Assembly (NCBI GenBank): GCA_002269645.1
Contig: NIVC01000168.1
Location: forward strand, 661,297 to 725,296
DNA: 64,000 bases
Reading direction: 5' to 3'
Source: Macrostomum lignano
Taxonomy: Eukaryota
Of this stretch, positions 36,756 through 49,200 are shown piece after piece. Each line of letters opens with the position of its first letter. Position 1 is the stretch's first letter. The translations under genes were made by a program, and so were the position numbers. The notes beneath the pieces were generated by a model. It worked only from the letters and a program-made list of their open reading frames with translations. It searched no databases and had not been told where the DNA came from.

Positions 36756-39700
36756 TTTTTGTGTTTTGTACTATTTTTTGCTTAAGTCAAACAGGCCCAA
36801 ATGCAGCAAGAAAGCTGGTTGCTAACGATGGATTGAGTTTCTAAAAGGTTTGGCTAGAGATTAGCATTTGAGCAGTGCAGTGCTTAGCATTTGCATGAAA
36901 TGTTAGATACAAAGAATTAGATAAGGAAAAAAGATAAAGATAAAATCATACATTTATATGCATCTTCTATTCAACTAAAAATTTGTACAAATAACTATTT
37001 ACTTTAGTCTATCTGGAACAAATTTTGAATACTTTGCTATTAGATATATCTACTTAATATGCTAGATTAAACAGAAATATCAGAGTATTATTACAAAAAT
37101 AAATGATAGAACATAGTTAAAAGTAGCATTTCAATAGCACTTTTGTTTAAATCAATAGCATCTTATGGCTTATCTTAAAAAAATATGAACCTAAAAAGAA
37201 TATTATAGTTGTGCATATATATTCAAGTGTGAAAATAGAAATAATAGAATTGAGGTCCTAAATTCTAAAAGCAATTATGAAATGTAAACATGAGCTTGAA
37301 GTTAGAGATTAAATGATAATAGTTTAGTTAAAGGAGTTGGAGACATAGTTTTACCTATGTAAAATAAGAATAATAGGCCTATCAAATTAAGAAATAGCCA
37401 TTAAGACCATGATCCAAAAAAGGATTAATATTATTTTTTAAATAAAAGAAACAAAAAATATTCTATTATGAAATTATTAGGCCCAGTTTCCCTTTGTAAA
37501 GAAAAGCAAAATGTTAAATAGAAAACTGAATTATAAAGGCATAAAAATTTGACAGTCATTTTTAATTTAATAAACTTTAATATTATAAATTGTAAGAACT
37601 ATGCAAGCTAGACTAGACTTGATTGTGACAAAATATTCAACATTTTGTTGAAATTTAAAATAAGATTATTGAGTAGATATTTCAAGATGGCTAATTTGCC
37701 TTTATTATTATTTAAATTTTATTATTAAAGTATATTATTTATTAAAACATGAATATAAAGGGCTAGGCCCTATGTGATGTTTTTTGAAGTAATGTTTCAG
37801 TGAATCAAAAAAGTAATATTTTGGCAAAGCATTATAATTTTTGGCAAATAGAATATTACTATATTCCACACTTAGGATGATGTCCTTTTGCCTAGAAAAT
37901 TCTGGCACACAGAAGCCTTTTCATTTTAATGCATCAGTGCATATGCCGTATGGTACAGGCAGCACAGTTGCAGCATAGCAATGCAATACAGAGCAGGCTG
38001 TATAGTGTTAGAAATGCAAGGTATCAAATATAAAAAAAAGAAAAATACATTTAAATTAAAAAAAATCTGACTAATTTTAGGGATAAAATATAAATATTAA
38101 AAATTTTTTATTCAAATGAATGCAAAATTTCTTTTAAATTCAAATATATTTTACTGTTAAAGTGTAAACATGACAACGGTTCGAGAAAATTTCTCGAACC
38201 ATATTCTAGAACCAGAACCATGTTCTGGAACTGATTCTGTTTTTCGAACCATCGATACGAAGAGCGTCGAACCAGTTCGGAACCGGTTCCGTTTTTCGAA
38301 CCGGCGATATGAAGAGGCTCACAGACTGATTTCTGGTTTGAGAAGAGCCAGCTGTTTCTAAGAATTGAAGCAAACTGAATATTTCAGATTTCAGAATATT
38401 TTGATGACGGAGCTATTAAAACAAAACACTGAACTTTACATTTTTGCTTTTACTACCTGATGTTTGCGATTGGTAATGGCTGTATAATATTGATTTAACT
38501 CTATATACGAGTACTATCTAGGAATCTATAGTGTGTGCATGTATGCTACAAGTGCTACATCTGCTGGCCGGGAAGTTGCGAAGGCCATAAAACGATTAGA
38601 TTTACGTAACTCAATCTCGAAATCTTAATCTCAAAAAGCTCAAGTTGCACTAGCCTGCAAATTTCCAAGCATGCAGGACTCGCTCATTGCAAATCAACAT
38701 TCTAAGTGTTGTGACTTTCGCACACTTTCGTGAATACCACTGTAAAATTAAATTAAATTACTGCAAATTTACATGTTCATTGAATACATCCTGGCAGTGT
38801 ACATGTGCATCCATGTTCATGTACTTCATGTAGAGTTTTACTGTGTGCTTTTGGGCGTATGACATCATAGTCACAAACTCGACAGGCCACAAATTAAGCT
38901 GCGATTACATTTGAACTTGTCCTGTTGTAGTGATGCGTGCATCAAAAACACGTTTACACGTACACGAGGTTGTTGTCAAGCTTCCTAAGATTAATATATT
39001 TTCTGCACTTATAGAGTACATGTTTCTCAATGTAATACATATATAAACGTATAACATACCTACATGTACATCTAGCTACATTTCAATATTTCACTTTCAA
39101 TTCCAGTACAGAATGCATGTACTGCTTCTCATGCGTACTGTACACTTGTGCATATGCAGCAGTACATGCGAATTCGATAGATAGATAAATCGAGAAAAAA
39201 ACATCGAAAATGAATGCAACAAGAACCGTCTTAAACAAACCGCGGTAGAATTGTTGGAATACAGTCGATATTAAGTGGAAGGAATGATTTAATCAGTTTA
39301 AAACAGTGCCATACATTTTGATATTGTGAAAAAATTGTATTCCATTGGTAATGTAAATTATGCAAATTGTAATGTAAATGTAAATGTATATAAATTTTGC
39401 ATGCAGCTGAACGCGTATACACAAAAGTACGAAAATACCAGTCTGCTACAGAAGAGGTTTGCTAAAGATCAATAATAGAAAATGTCAGCAAAAGAGTACA
39501 ATAGGAATCATGAGTTTCAGTTGAATCCAGCCTTACTTATATACCTGACTTAATACCGATCAAAAAGCATAATTAAAAACCCTAATCCTAACCCTAAAAC
39601 CATATCAACCATATCACTGTATCACTGCATAAAATTACAGAAAGCAGATCCAACTGAGGATTAAACTAAAAATTACCACTGAGCACACAAAAAGTCTGAA

Positions 39701-41023
39701 TAAACGAAAATTTAAATTTTTAAGTTAACTTTAAAAGTTTAATTTTAAAGTTAAACTTTAAGTTAAATTTAGGAACGCACGTAGACTCGTACAAAAGTAA
39801 CATGGTTAAAAAAATTGACCCTGATCTGTCCCCCTCTAAATTACAGCAGGTGGGTGGACGTGGTGGCGCAAGTCACCTTTTTGGACTGACAATTTTATCG
39901 ATTCTATCGGGTTCAGCAGCTGCTCACCTCACTCATGGACAGATCAACGACTACAGAAAGTTACCATTGTTAATTTTGAAATATTTTCGAGTGTTACGGT
40001 ATGATACAACGGTAACTTCTATAGTGGTACTTGGGACAGCTACAGAAGGACGATAATCGTCGAACTTTCTCTAGACGAAGGTTTTGGCTGCGAGATGCAT
40101 TGGATATTATTAAAGTTTCTGCTATTTTTTAACACTGAACTGCTGATATCTGACCTGCAAGATATAGAGATACAAATAGCACCATATAGAGTGTTAAATA
40201 GAAAATTCAAATGTCGTTAATGCTAATGCCTCTAAAGTGACCTTGTACAACTTGTGAGGTGTAGAGTCTTATTAAAATGCAGCTGGCCATGTGTTCACCA
40301 TTGGACTTCATTCCAGCGCCCACAAGAAAGTGAAAATCAATAGATACAACCGGCATAGTATCATGAGTTGTCAGGGCTCGTGATCTTTTCTAAACCCCAA
40401 TAATTACCACATGGCACGTGACTGACTTCAGTTAAAACGGTGGGGACCCTCCACAGAACGTCACTCAAGCAATGTTCATGAATAACTGAAGTACTTCATT
40501 AGCATGACCGAATACTTCATTTCATGAATTCCTTGCTTCAAAGCTCCGAATCAATCTTTAAGGTAGAAGTTTTCTAAGGAACATATCAGAAAGCTTTAAG
40601 AACATTTCTTTTGATGTTCCTATTGTTTGTACACTGACCAACCTGACCAAGGTTTGATTGGACATGACAAAGTATGACAGCAGGTTACGTGCAATTGTAA
40701 GTGATTAACCCATTCGGCTACTCTAATTAACATGATACGAAACATAAATTAAAAAAAACGAATATTTTTAATTTTTCGTGTAGAAACAAGGAAAATTTTG
40801 GTACCAATTCTAATGCGAGCTACCTGATCACTTTGCATAGCGTTTGATTACGAGCTAAATGAAACGAATTTTTGTCAAATGGTATAAAATTGAGTATATT
40901 ACATAGCAATAAAAATCAAAGTGAATATTTACGAAGCCTTCACGGAAATATGAACTTTTTAGTACAACAGTCAATCAAAAGTAGCCACTGCGTACAGCTT
41001 AATGAGTCGACGAAGAAACGTAC

Positions 41024-43271
41024 TTACGAGTTGGGCAGCAACCGGTCAATCTTCTGGAAGATTTCCACCACCTCCTCGTACCTGGTCACGTAAGACTCTC
41101 GCATTCTCTTGTGCGCGTACTGCAGCTGCTCCAGGTTGTTGCTGAACCTTGCGAACAGGTAGTACTCAAGGAAGTCGGCGCTCTGGTCTTCCTTCAGCTC
41201 ACTGAACCAGTCATCGATGCTCTGCAGGTCCGGCAGCAGCACCGCTCGCAGGCACTTCAGCAGACAGTCGAAGTTCATGTAGAAGGCCGTCTCATTCGGA
41301 GCCACCCTTGCAGGAAAATACTTGGCCAGGTCGAGAGTGTCGCCCTTCTCTCTTCTGAAATCCGACAGGAACTTCAGTTCCGGTCGCTTGTCGCTGTGGA
41401 AGCAGTGCTTCCAGGAATAGTCGTTCGTGTAGATCTCCGCCTTGATGTGCGACCGAGTGACATCACACTTCTGATCACTAGACAGCTCAGAGGGAAATGA
41501 TAGCCATCGCCTCACTCTGTGTTTAGCAGAGCTGCTCAAAATCTCTTTCGCTGAGTCAATATCGTTTCTGCTCAGTCTGTACAGCACTTTCAAGCCCTCA
41601 CGAACTGAGAAAGCATAGTCCGGCATCTTAGCAACGAAACCCTCCATCTCTTTGAAATTAGTACCGTGGGACATGTCAGTCAACGAATTCTCCATCAGTC
41701 TTTGAATGTCTGCGTAACTTTGCAGTGGTAAAGCTACAGAAGTCCTCAGTGGGTAGAAGTATGGCATGATCGTAAACGGATGGTAGTAGAATCTTTCCAG
41801 GTATTCTCGACGTTCGTCAGCGTTTCGCTTTATTTTCTTAAGGTAGTCATTTACGTGTTTATTTAGATTTTTAATGAGACTCTCGACGCTCTCGATGACC
41901 TTCTGTTTGTTTGCAGTGTCTCCTTTAAGATAAAGCTTTGCATCCTTGATGAAGAAGTGTGGCATGCACTCAAAGCCGCTCGCGCCTGTATCTTTCATTT
42001 TGATGAGCAAGAAAGAGAGCGACTCCTTTAGGAGATGAAACAGGTTGGATCCTTTCCATTGCTCTCTACTCGTCCGTTTGATCATAAAGAATAGAAGAGT
42101 TTTTGCATGGTAAGACTTCAAGCCTGGCGCTTCTCTTGACACGACTTCTCTTAGCAGATACTTGATCAGTATGAATAGCTGCCCTTGAACAGGGAGCAAT
42201 TGCTTCATGATTTCCCTTTCGAGGAAGCTTGTGCTGATTCGCAGCTCTTGCGCGACCGGCTTCGCCCTGTTAGAATTATCGGTCTCTTCAGATACAAAAG
42301 TTTCCTCGTGTTTTTGTTGAGCTCGGATAAGATGAAGGCTATAAGATAGTTTTTCATTGTCCGCAGGTAGAGAAATTGCTTTCCTTATACTGGGTCTGAG
42401 TTGTTCTCGTATTTTTAGTGTTTGCATCAGTGACTTTAACGGCTGTTCCGGAAGTCCCATCTCTAGTTCTCCTTCAAACAGTGACTTTCTCTGTTGCACG
42501 CTGTCCGTACGATTCATTTGTTCAATTCCGAAGCCCTCAGCGTAATTTCCACCCTCCAGCTTCTTCATTGCATTCAGCGTAGATTCGGAAAAGCAACCGG
42601 GATTTTCGAAGACGTCGATAACATGAATTGCACAGCAGCGAAAGGCAGTGCACTCGTCGATGGAGGGCCTGAGCTCGGATTTCATCGTTGTTTCCGCTGG
42701 GTTTGATTCTGAAAATGTTGAGTTTAATTACTTAAAAAGCATTAACATTATCTTTTTATCCTAAAGTGAGGAAAAAATTTACCATTGGCCTGATGTCTTT
42801 CTAAATACAGGTGTTGTAGGCTGCAGAAGTTTACAGAGTGCATCTACTCCAATTTTAGCGAATAGTAAAGTAAACCTACCAGTATTGCTGCATTTGATGT
42901 GCCCGGCAGAACATTCGTACTTCTTATCGATGCCCTTGCAGTCGCAGCCTTCAATGTGAAAAACTTCAGTCTTAACAATATGCGTGAAGTCAACATCCGA
43001 CACATCAAAAATGCCGTTGATGCAGTACAAGTTGGATCCCCAGCCGTCTGCGAAGCTGCCAGTTACTTCAATTTCGGTGTTCAGCTCTGCTATGAGCTTT
43101 CCATGCAGCTCGGCAACACAGCGCTGGAAAAATGCCCTTTGCAAGGTTATTCCAGCCTGCAGCATTGCCTGATGAAGTGTTTCATTACCAATAAATTCAC
43201 TGCGAGTGTCTTCAGAGTTCTCCATATTGCTAATGTCAGTGGAAGAGCCACCGTCTTGCCTTTCACCAGCA
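41024..43271 (-). CDS. cGLR/Mab-21-family nucleotidyltransferase exons plus C-terminal helical extension
   Basis: VTGSFADG...SDVDFT (GS and DxD motif) and [10 protein letters not shown] (third acidic residue). Mab-21 C-lobe motifs [34 protein letters not shown]...L, CMPHFFI. Confidence 0.85.
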
Positions 43272-46200
43272 CTGTAAAGTAATAATCACAGGGTCAATTC
43301 GATATTGGTAATTTTCTGATTGTCTTTGGGAAAAAGAATTTCTACTTTTGGTATTGATACTTTTTTGCCTGAGCGTGAAACATTTTCACCTGTCTTACTT
43401 CGCCTCCCAACTCTGCCCATATTAGAAAATTAAAGTAAAAAGAGATAAGGAAGATAAATCCATTAAATCAAATGAATAACAATTTGGCATACCTGTGAAA
43501 CTTATTCGGCTTAAGAGGGTCATCCAAGGGAAGCTGTTCAAGTAGAGAAGAGACGAATAAACGCTTGTGCTTTCTTGCCAGCAGTAATGCTTGGTGGATT
43601 GCACTTTCATTCGACTGATTTTTGATCGTTTCTCTTATTGCTTGAATCATTTCTGGACGCTCGAAAATCGTGATTAGTTTCAATAAGTCATATCCATTAT
43701 TATTTACTGCTTGCAATGATTCTTGGATGTTTCCAAGCCGTTTTAAAATGGGCAGCTGGCCAGAAATCACCGCATGCATTGCCGCAGTGTTTCCATTAGC
43801 TTCCTTGACATTTAGATCTGGCCTGAGTTTAAGTAGAGCGTCAACACAGCCGACATGGCCATATCGTACAGCCAGCATCAGTGCGGTCATTCCGCCATTG
43901 TTTTTCATGTCAATGTATCTTGGCTCTTTTGAAACTGGAGTATCACCTTTTTCGCCCAGCAGGCTCACAACTTTGGCATGGCCATTCTGAGCGGCAATCA
44001 TGAGCGGCGTCATTCCGTACTGGTCTTGCTGCTTCAGCTCAGCTTTGTACTCAATTAGCAGTCTTGCAGTGTTATAAAACCCTGAACACGAGGCCATGTA
44101 CAAAGCTGTCTGCTTGTCCGAATTCATTTCGTTGACATGCGCTCCAGCTTTCAGGAGAATAAAAGCGATTTTGTGGTTTCCTCTTCCACATGCGTCTATA
44201 AGTAGCGTGTTATTATTCTTGTCTCTGAAATTCGCCCGTTCTTCTGTATTGATGAACTTTTTTGCATATTGAATATCATTATCTGTCATTGACGTCGTTA
44301 ACAGCGAATAGTCTGATGGTGTTGCACCAGCCTGGCGCAGCAATTCTGCGATTCTTGATGCCGGGTCAACTACGCTCAGAGCTGACTGATCTGAATTATT
44401 TCGAGTGTCGACATTCGCACCCGCCCTGATCAGTCTCTGGACTATTTCTGTGCGCCTATTAAACGCAGCGGTAAAGATCGGGCAACAGCCATTTTTTCCA
44501 GCCAAGTTTATATTTGCTCCACAATCGATAATATGAGCTGCAATGGCTGTGTGACCTTTTTGACAGGCGATGTGTAGGGCTGCGGCTCCGTCAGATCTCT
44601 GTGCGTCCAGTTCTACTCCAGCGTCCACTAGGATTCGCGCTAGTCGCTCATTTTCATGAAAGCACCAAAAAGTCAGAGCCGTGTCTCCTTCTGTAGTTTG
44701 AGCACTTGTATCAGCTCCGCACACAATTAGAAAAATGGCAAGCTCAGTGTGTCCATTTGCTGTTGCTCTGTGGAGTGCCGTGGATCCTCCCTTTCCAACC
44801 TTATCGATATCATCACCGATATTCCAGAGAACTTCTACAATTTCCTTGTTCCCAAGCTGCGCAGCCAGATGCAATGCGGAATCTCCATCTTCATCTTGAA
44901 TTTCATAATCTGCCCCTGCGTTGATCAGTACCTTGAAAATTTCCAGCAGTCCGCGAAATGCTGCGTGTCCAAGTGCAGTAATTTCATTCTCATCTTTTTG
45001 GTCCAGCTCAATTTTCGCATTAACGAGTTCCTTCACGACTGCAACATTTCCTGAACTAACCGCTAGATGCAGGGCTGTGGACCTATCCTTCGTCTTCGCG
45101 GTCAGACAGGCACCGACGGAAATGAGCATCCGAACGACTGACAGGCTGCCATTGAGTGCCGCGAGAAGCAAAGGAGTTGAGTTATTTTTGCCAGGAAACT
45201 CTAAATTTGCCCCGGCGGAGATGAGTAACTTGGCAATTTCTGTATGCCCACACTGAGCAGCTAAGTGCAAGGCAGTCGCTCCATGACAGTCTCTGATATC
45301 AACATCAGTCCCAGCTTCGATTAATGTCTTAACAATCTTAAGGTGACCAAAGTATGCGGCCATAATTAAAGGCGTATCTCCGTCGCAATCCTGCACGCCT
45401 GTGTCAGCTTTTGCATCAACCAGATGATTTACAATTGAATCCGAACCCAGGGCAGCAGCAATGAGAATAGCAGTTTTTCCATCAACAGCTTGAGTATTTA
45501 CTAAGCAACCACTTTGAACTAGAAACCGCAAAATTTCTTCGTGCTTGTTAGCCGCAGCAAGAATGAGCGGTGTCGCCTGACCTTTGCCCTGTGAATCGAT
45601 TTCACAGGAGGATTTTACAAGCATCTTCACAATCTCTAGAAATCCGTTCTGAGCAGCCGAATGGAGTGCTGTTCCGTTATTCGAGTCTCTCACATTCTGA
45701 TCAGCGCCCACATCAAGCAGCAATCGAACAACGGCTTCCTTGCCAAAGTAGGCTGCCACTATGAGTGCCGAGTTGCCGTCGCTGTCCTGCTTGTCAACTG
45801 AGGCCGTTGAAGCCACCAGAAGTTGTACAATTTCAACATTGCCGTTCAATGCTGCAGCAATCAATGCAGTCTTACCCTGTACAGCCACAGAATCTACAGC
45901 AGCATTTTTATCAAGAAGAAGCCTCGCAACCAGTTGATGGCCATTTTGGGAGGCCAGAATCAGTGGTGTAGCCTGACCTTTTCCTTTGCTATCAATTTCA
46001 CTCCCAGCATCCAAAAGCATTTGGACGATTTCGTAGTGACCACTTTGAGCTGCCATGTGAAGTGCTGTGCTGCCGTGCTCATCTCGAATGTTGACACTCG
46101 AATCCGCGTTAAGAAGCATCTGGATTACTTCTGCATTGTTGATGAACGCAGCGGACATCAATGCTGTTCGCCCATCAAAAGCTTGAAGATCAGTATTCGC

Positions 46201-49200
46201 TTGCTTACTGAGCAATATTTTCAATACAAAAGCATGGCTATGCATTGCAGCCAGCATGAGTGCAGAATATCCATCATTATTCACCGCGTCAATCGAAGCA
46301 TTATTTTCCAACAGTAGCTGGGCCACGTCTCCACGTCCATTTAGAGAGGCCCGAATCAGAGGTGTTGTTCCATTCTTGCCAATGGCATTTACTTTGGCTC
46401 CATGTTCGAGCAGAAATCTAGCGATCTCAGCATGCCCATTTTGAGCAGCAACATGCAGAGCTGTGCATCCGTTTCGGTCTCCGTGATTGACATCAGTTTC
46501 ATCAGTAATGAGTAGCGAAATGATTGCAAAGTGTCCGGAGTACGCAGCTCCTATAAGCGGAGTGTCACCTTCGTGGTTTTTCAGACTGGGATTCGCTCCA
46601 TTTGAGATCAAGAGCTCAACAATTCTGTTGTAACCAAGCAGTGAGGCGTAGAACAAGGCCGTATTACCCATGAGATCCTGTTGATTCACATGGGCTCCAG
46701 CCAGCAGAAGCTGAACTGACTCATGGTGACCCATGCAGCTGGCAAGGATGATCGGAGTCGCATTTCCTTTCCCGATGCAGTTTATGTCAGCGCCTTTGCT
46801 GATGAGCCATTTTATCACGTCTGTGTGGCCCGCCTGGGCTGCGAGTAAAATCGGCGTCGCCCTCTCGTTGTCTGCGGCGTTAACATCTGCAGATTCACTG
46901 ACTAGCAGCTCAGCGATGTCTATTCTATTGAGTAGGGATGCTAGCAGAATGGGAGAATGGCCGTGCTTATTCTTTACATTCGGGTTCGCCCCCGCAGCCA
47001 GAAGTAGCCGTGCAATTTCGAGCGATGAGACGAATACTGCGTAGAAGAAGGCTGTGTTGCCCTTATTGTCAGGTAAGTCAACTTTGGCGTTTTTGGAAAG
47101 CAGCAGCTCTACGCAATCTTTATGCCTACAATATGTGGCGAGTAGCAACGGTGAATCTCCGTCATCGTCAACAATGTTTACATCAGCTTGACGCTCAATC
47201 AGAAGTTGCACAACCTCGAAGTGCCCACGAGTTGCTGCCAGCGTTATGGCGGCTGCACCGCCTTTACCTCTGGAGTTGATATCAGCGCCGGATTCTAAAA
47301 GCAGCTTCACAACTTCAACGTGACCATTTTGTGACGCACAGTGTAGTGAGTTGTGCTTTTCATTGGCGACAGCATGAATATTGGCCTGGCGCTTCAGAAG
47401 CAAACGGACGATTTCTACCTGACCATCGAATGCACTGCAAATCAACGGCGTCTCTCCAGCGTCATTTGGTAAGTTGGGATCAGCTTGGTTCTCCAGCAAG
47501 CACTCAATGACCTCAATATTTCCGACAGCTACAGCCGCCAGGAGCACAGACTGGTTGCCTAAACTTTTACTCTGCTGATTGACGTTGGCACCCATCGAAA
47601 CAAGCAGGTATGCAATATCCGGGAAATTCTTGAGTACAGCCAGATGCAAAGCACTCACTCCATTTTCATCTTGATGGTCGATGTATACAGTCTTAGCCAG
47701 TAGCATTTCGACTGCTTCAAAGCAACCAGAGTAGCTAGAAAAAATTAAAGCTGAGCTACTCTGAGAGTTCGTCAGATTCACGTCTGCACCGGAAGCTAAC
47801 AGCTTGTTCACCAGGTTAGGGTGTCGGTTCAGACATGCCAGCATGAGCGGTGTGCCTCCATTTTTCCCTTTTGAATTCACGTCTGCACCAGCTAGCACAA
47901 GTTGGCTCGCAATCTCAAGGCTGCCAACTTGAGCAGCACAATGCAATGGCTGAACTCCCTCTTTTGAGCAAATATGAACATTTGCACCCTTGTCAATCAG
48001 TAGTTTTACAGAGGCCGCCTGATTTGCCATTGAAGCGTACTGAAGCGCGGTGTCCCCATCCGAATCTTGTAGGTTTAGCTTTGCCCCTGCTTCAGCCAGC
48101 ATTTGAACAACGGTGATGTTTTTAGTCGTACTGGCCGCCATCAATGCAGTTTTTCCTTCCGGGTCTTGGTGATTCACTTCCGCTCCAGCACTGATGAGTA
48201 GCTCAACGATTTGAGAGACATCGTCGATGCTGCCTCTGGCACACACAGCAAACAGGCAGCTGAGTCCGTCAGCATTTCTAATATTGACATCCGCTCCGGA
48301 CTGCACAAGTAGCTTCAAAATTTCAAGCCTGTTGTGAATGCATGCAAGCAAAGCAGCTGTACACTTGTTCTTTCCAAAGGTGTTCACATCGACCATCGCG
48401 GCAGCAAGCATTTTCACTATGGGAAGGCAGCCCTGTTGAGTAGCACAATGGATTGCTCGACATCCTTCCTTATTTGGAATTTCCAAATCCGCTCCTGCGC
48501 CGATGAGCATCTCAGCGCATCTCACTCTGCTGAAGTAAGAAGCGCAGTTCAGTGCCGTGTCCCCATCCTGGTCTTGTTGATTAACGTTTACACCAGCATT
48601 AAGAAGCACTAAAACAATGTCATCGAAGCCCTGAACTGATGCCAAAATGAGGGGCGAATGCATATCTGAATCTAAAACGTTCGCATCAGCAGAGTACATC
48701 AGTAGTAATTGGACAATGTCGGTGAATCCTGCCATTGCTGCAACAGTCAATGGGAACTGACCAAACAATCCAGATTTATCTGGATCCGCCCCAAACGAAA
48801 GCAGCTTCAGAACTGCATCCGTGTTGTGCAGGGCACATGAAGTGAATAAAGCAGATAATCCAAAATCACTTGAGTGGTTAACGTCCACCCCTGACTCCAA
48901 GATCAGACTCAGTGTTTCGACTGACCCGCTGACAGCTGCCAAGGTCAAAGCGGAGTCGCCACTATCGTTTGTAGCGTGAGGGTCGGCACCCACAGACAGC
49001 AGCTCCTTGACTATGTCAGACCTTCCATGAAGGGACGCAATCGTAAGCGGAGTGTTTCCATTCTTTCCTCTGATTTCGAGCGCTGCTTCAGCAAGCAAAA
49101 GCAAAACGAGAACCTCGTAGTGACCATTCTGAGCCGCCATGTGCAGAGCAGTTGATCCATGACTGTCTCTGAGATTCGGATTGGCGCCAGCTGACAGAAG

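Noticed and set aside
42779-42783. Alternative donor TG|GTAAAT at the end of the 148-aa ORF
   Set aside because: Splicing to the 42708 acceptor would create TGA; the phase-1 donor at 42880 keeps the frame.
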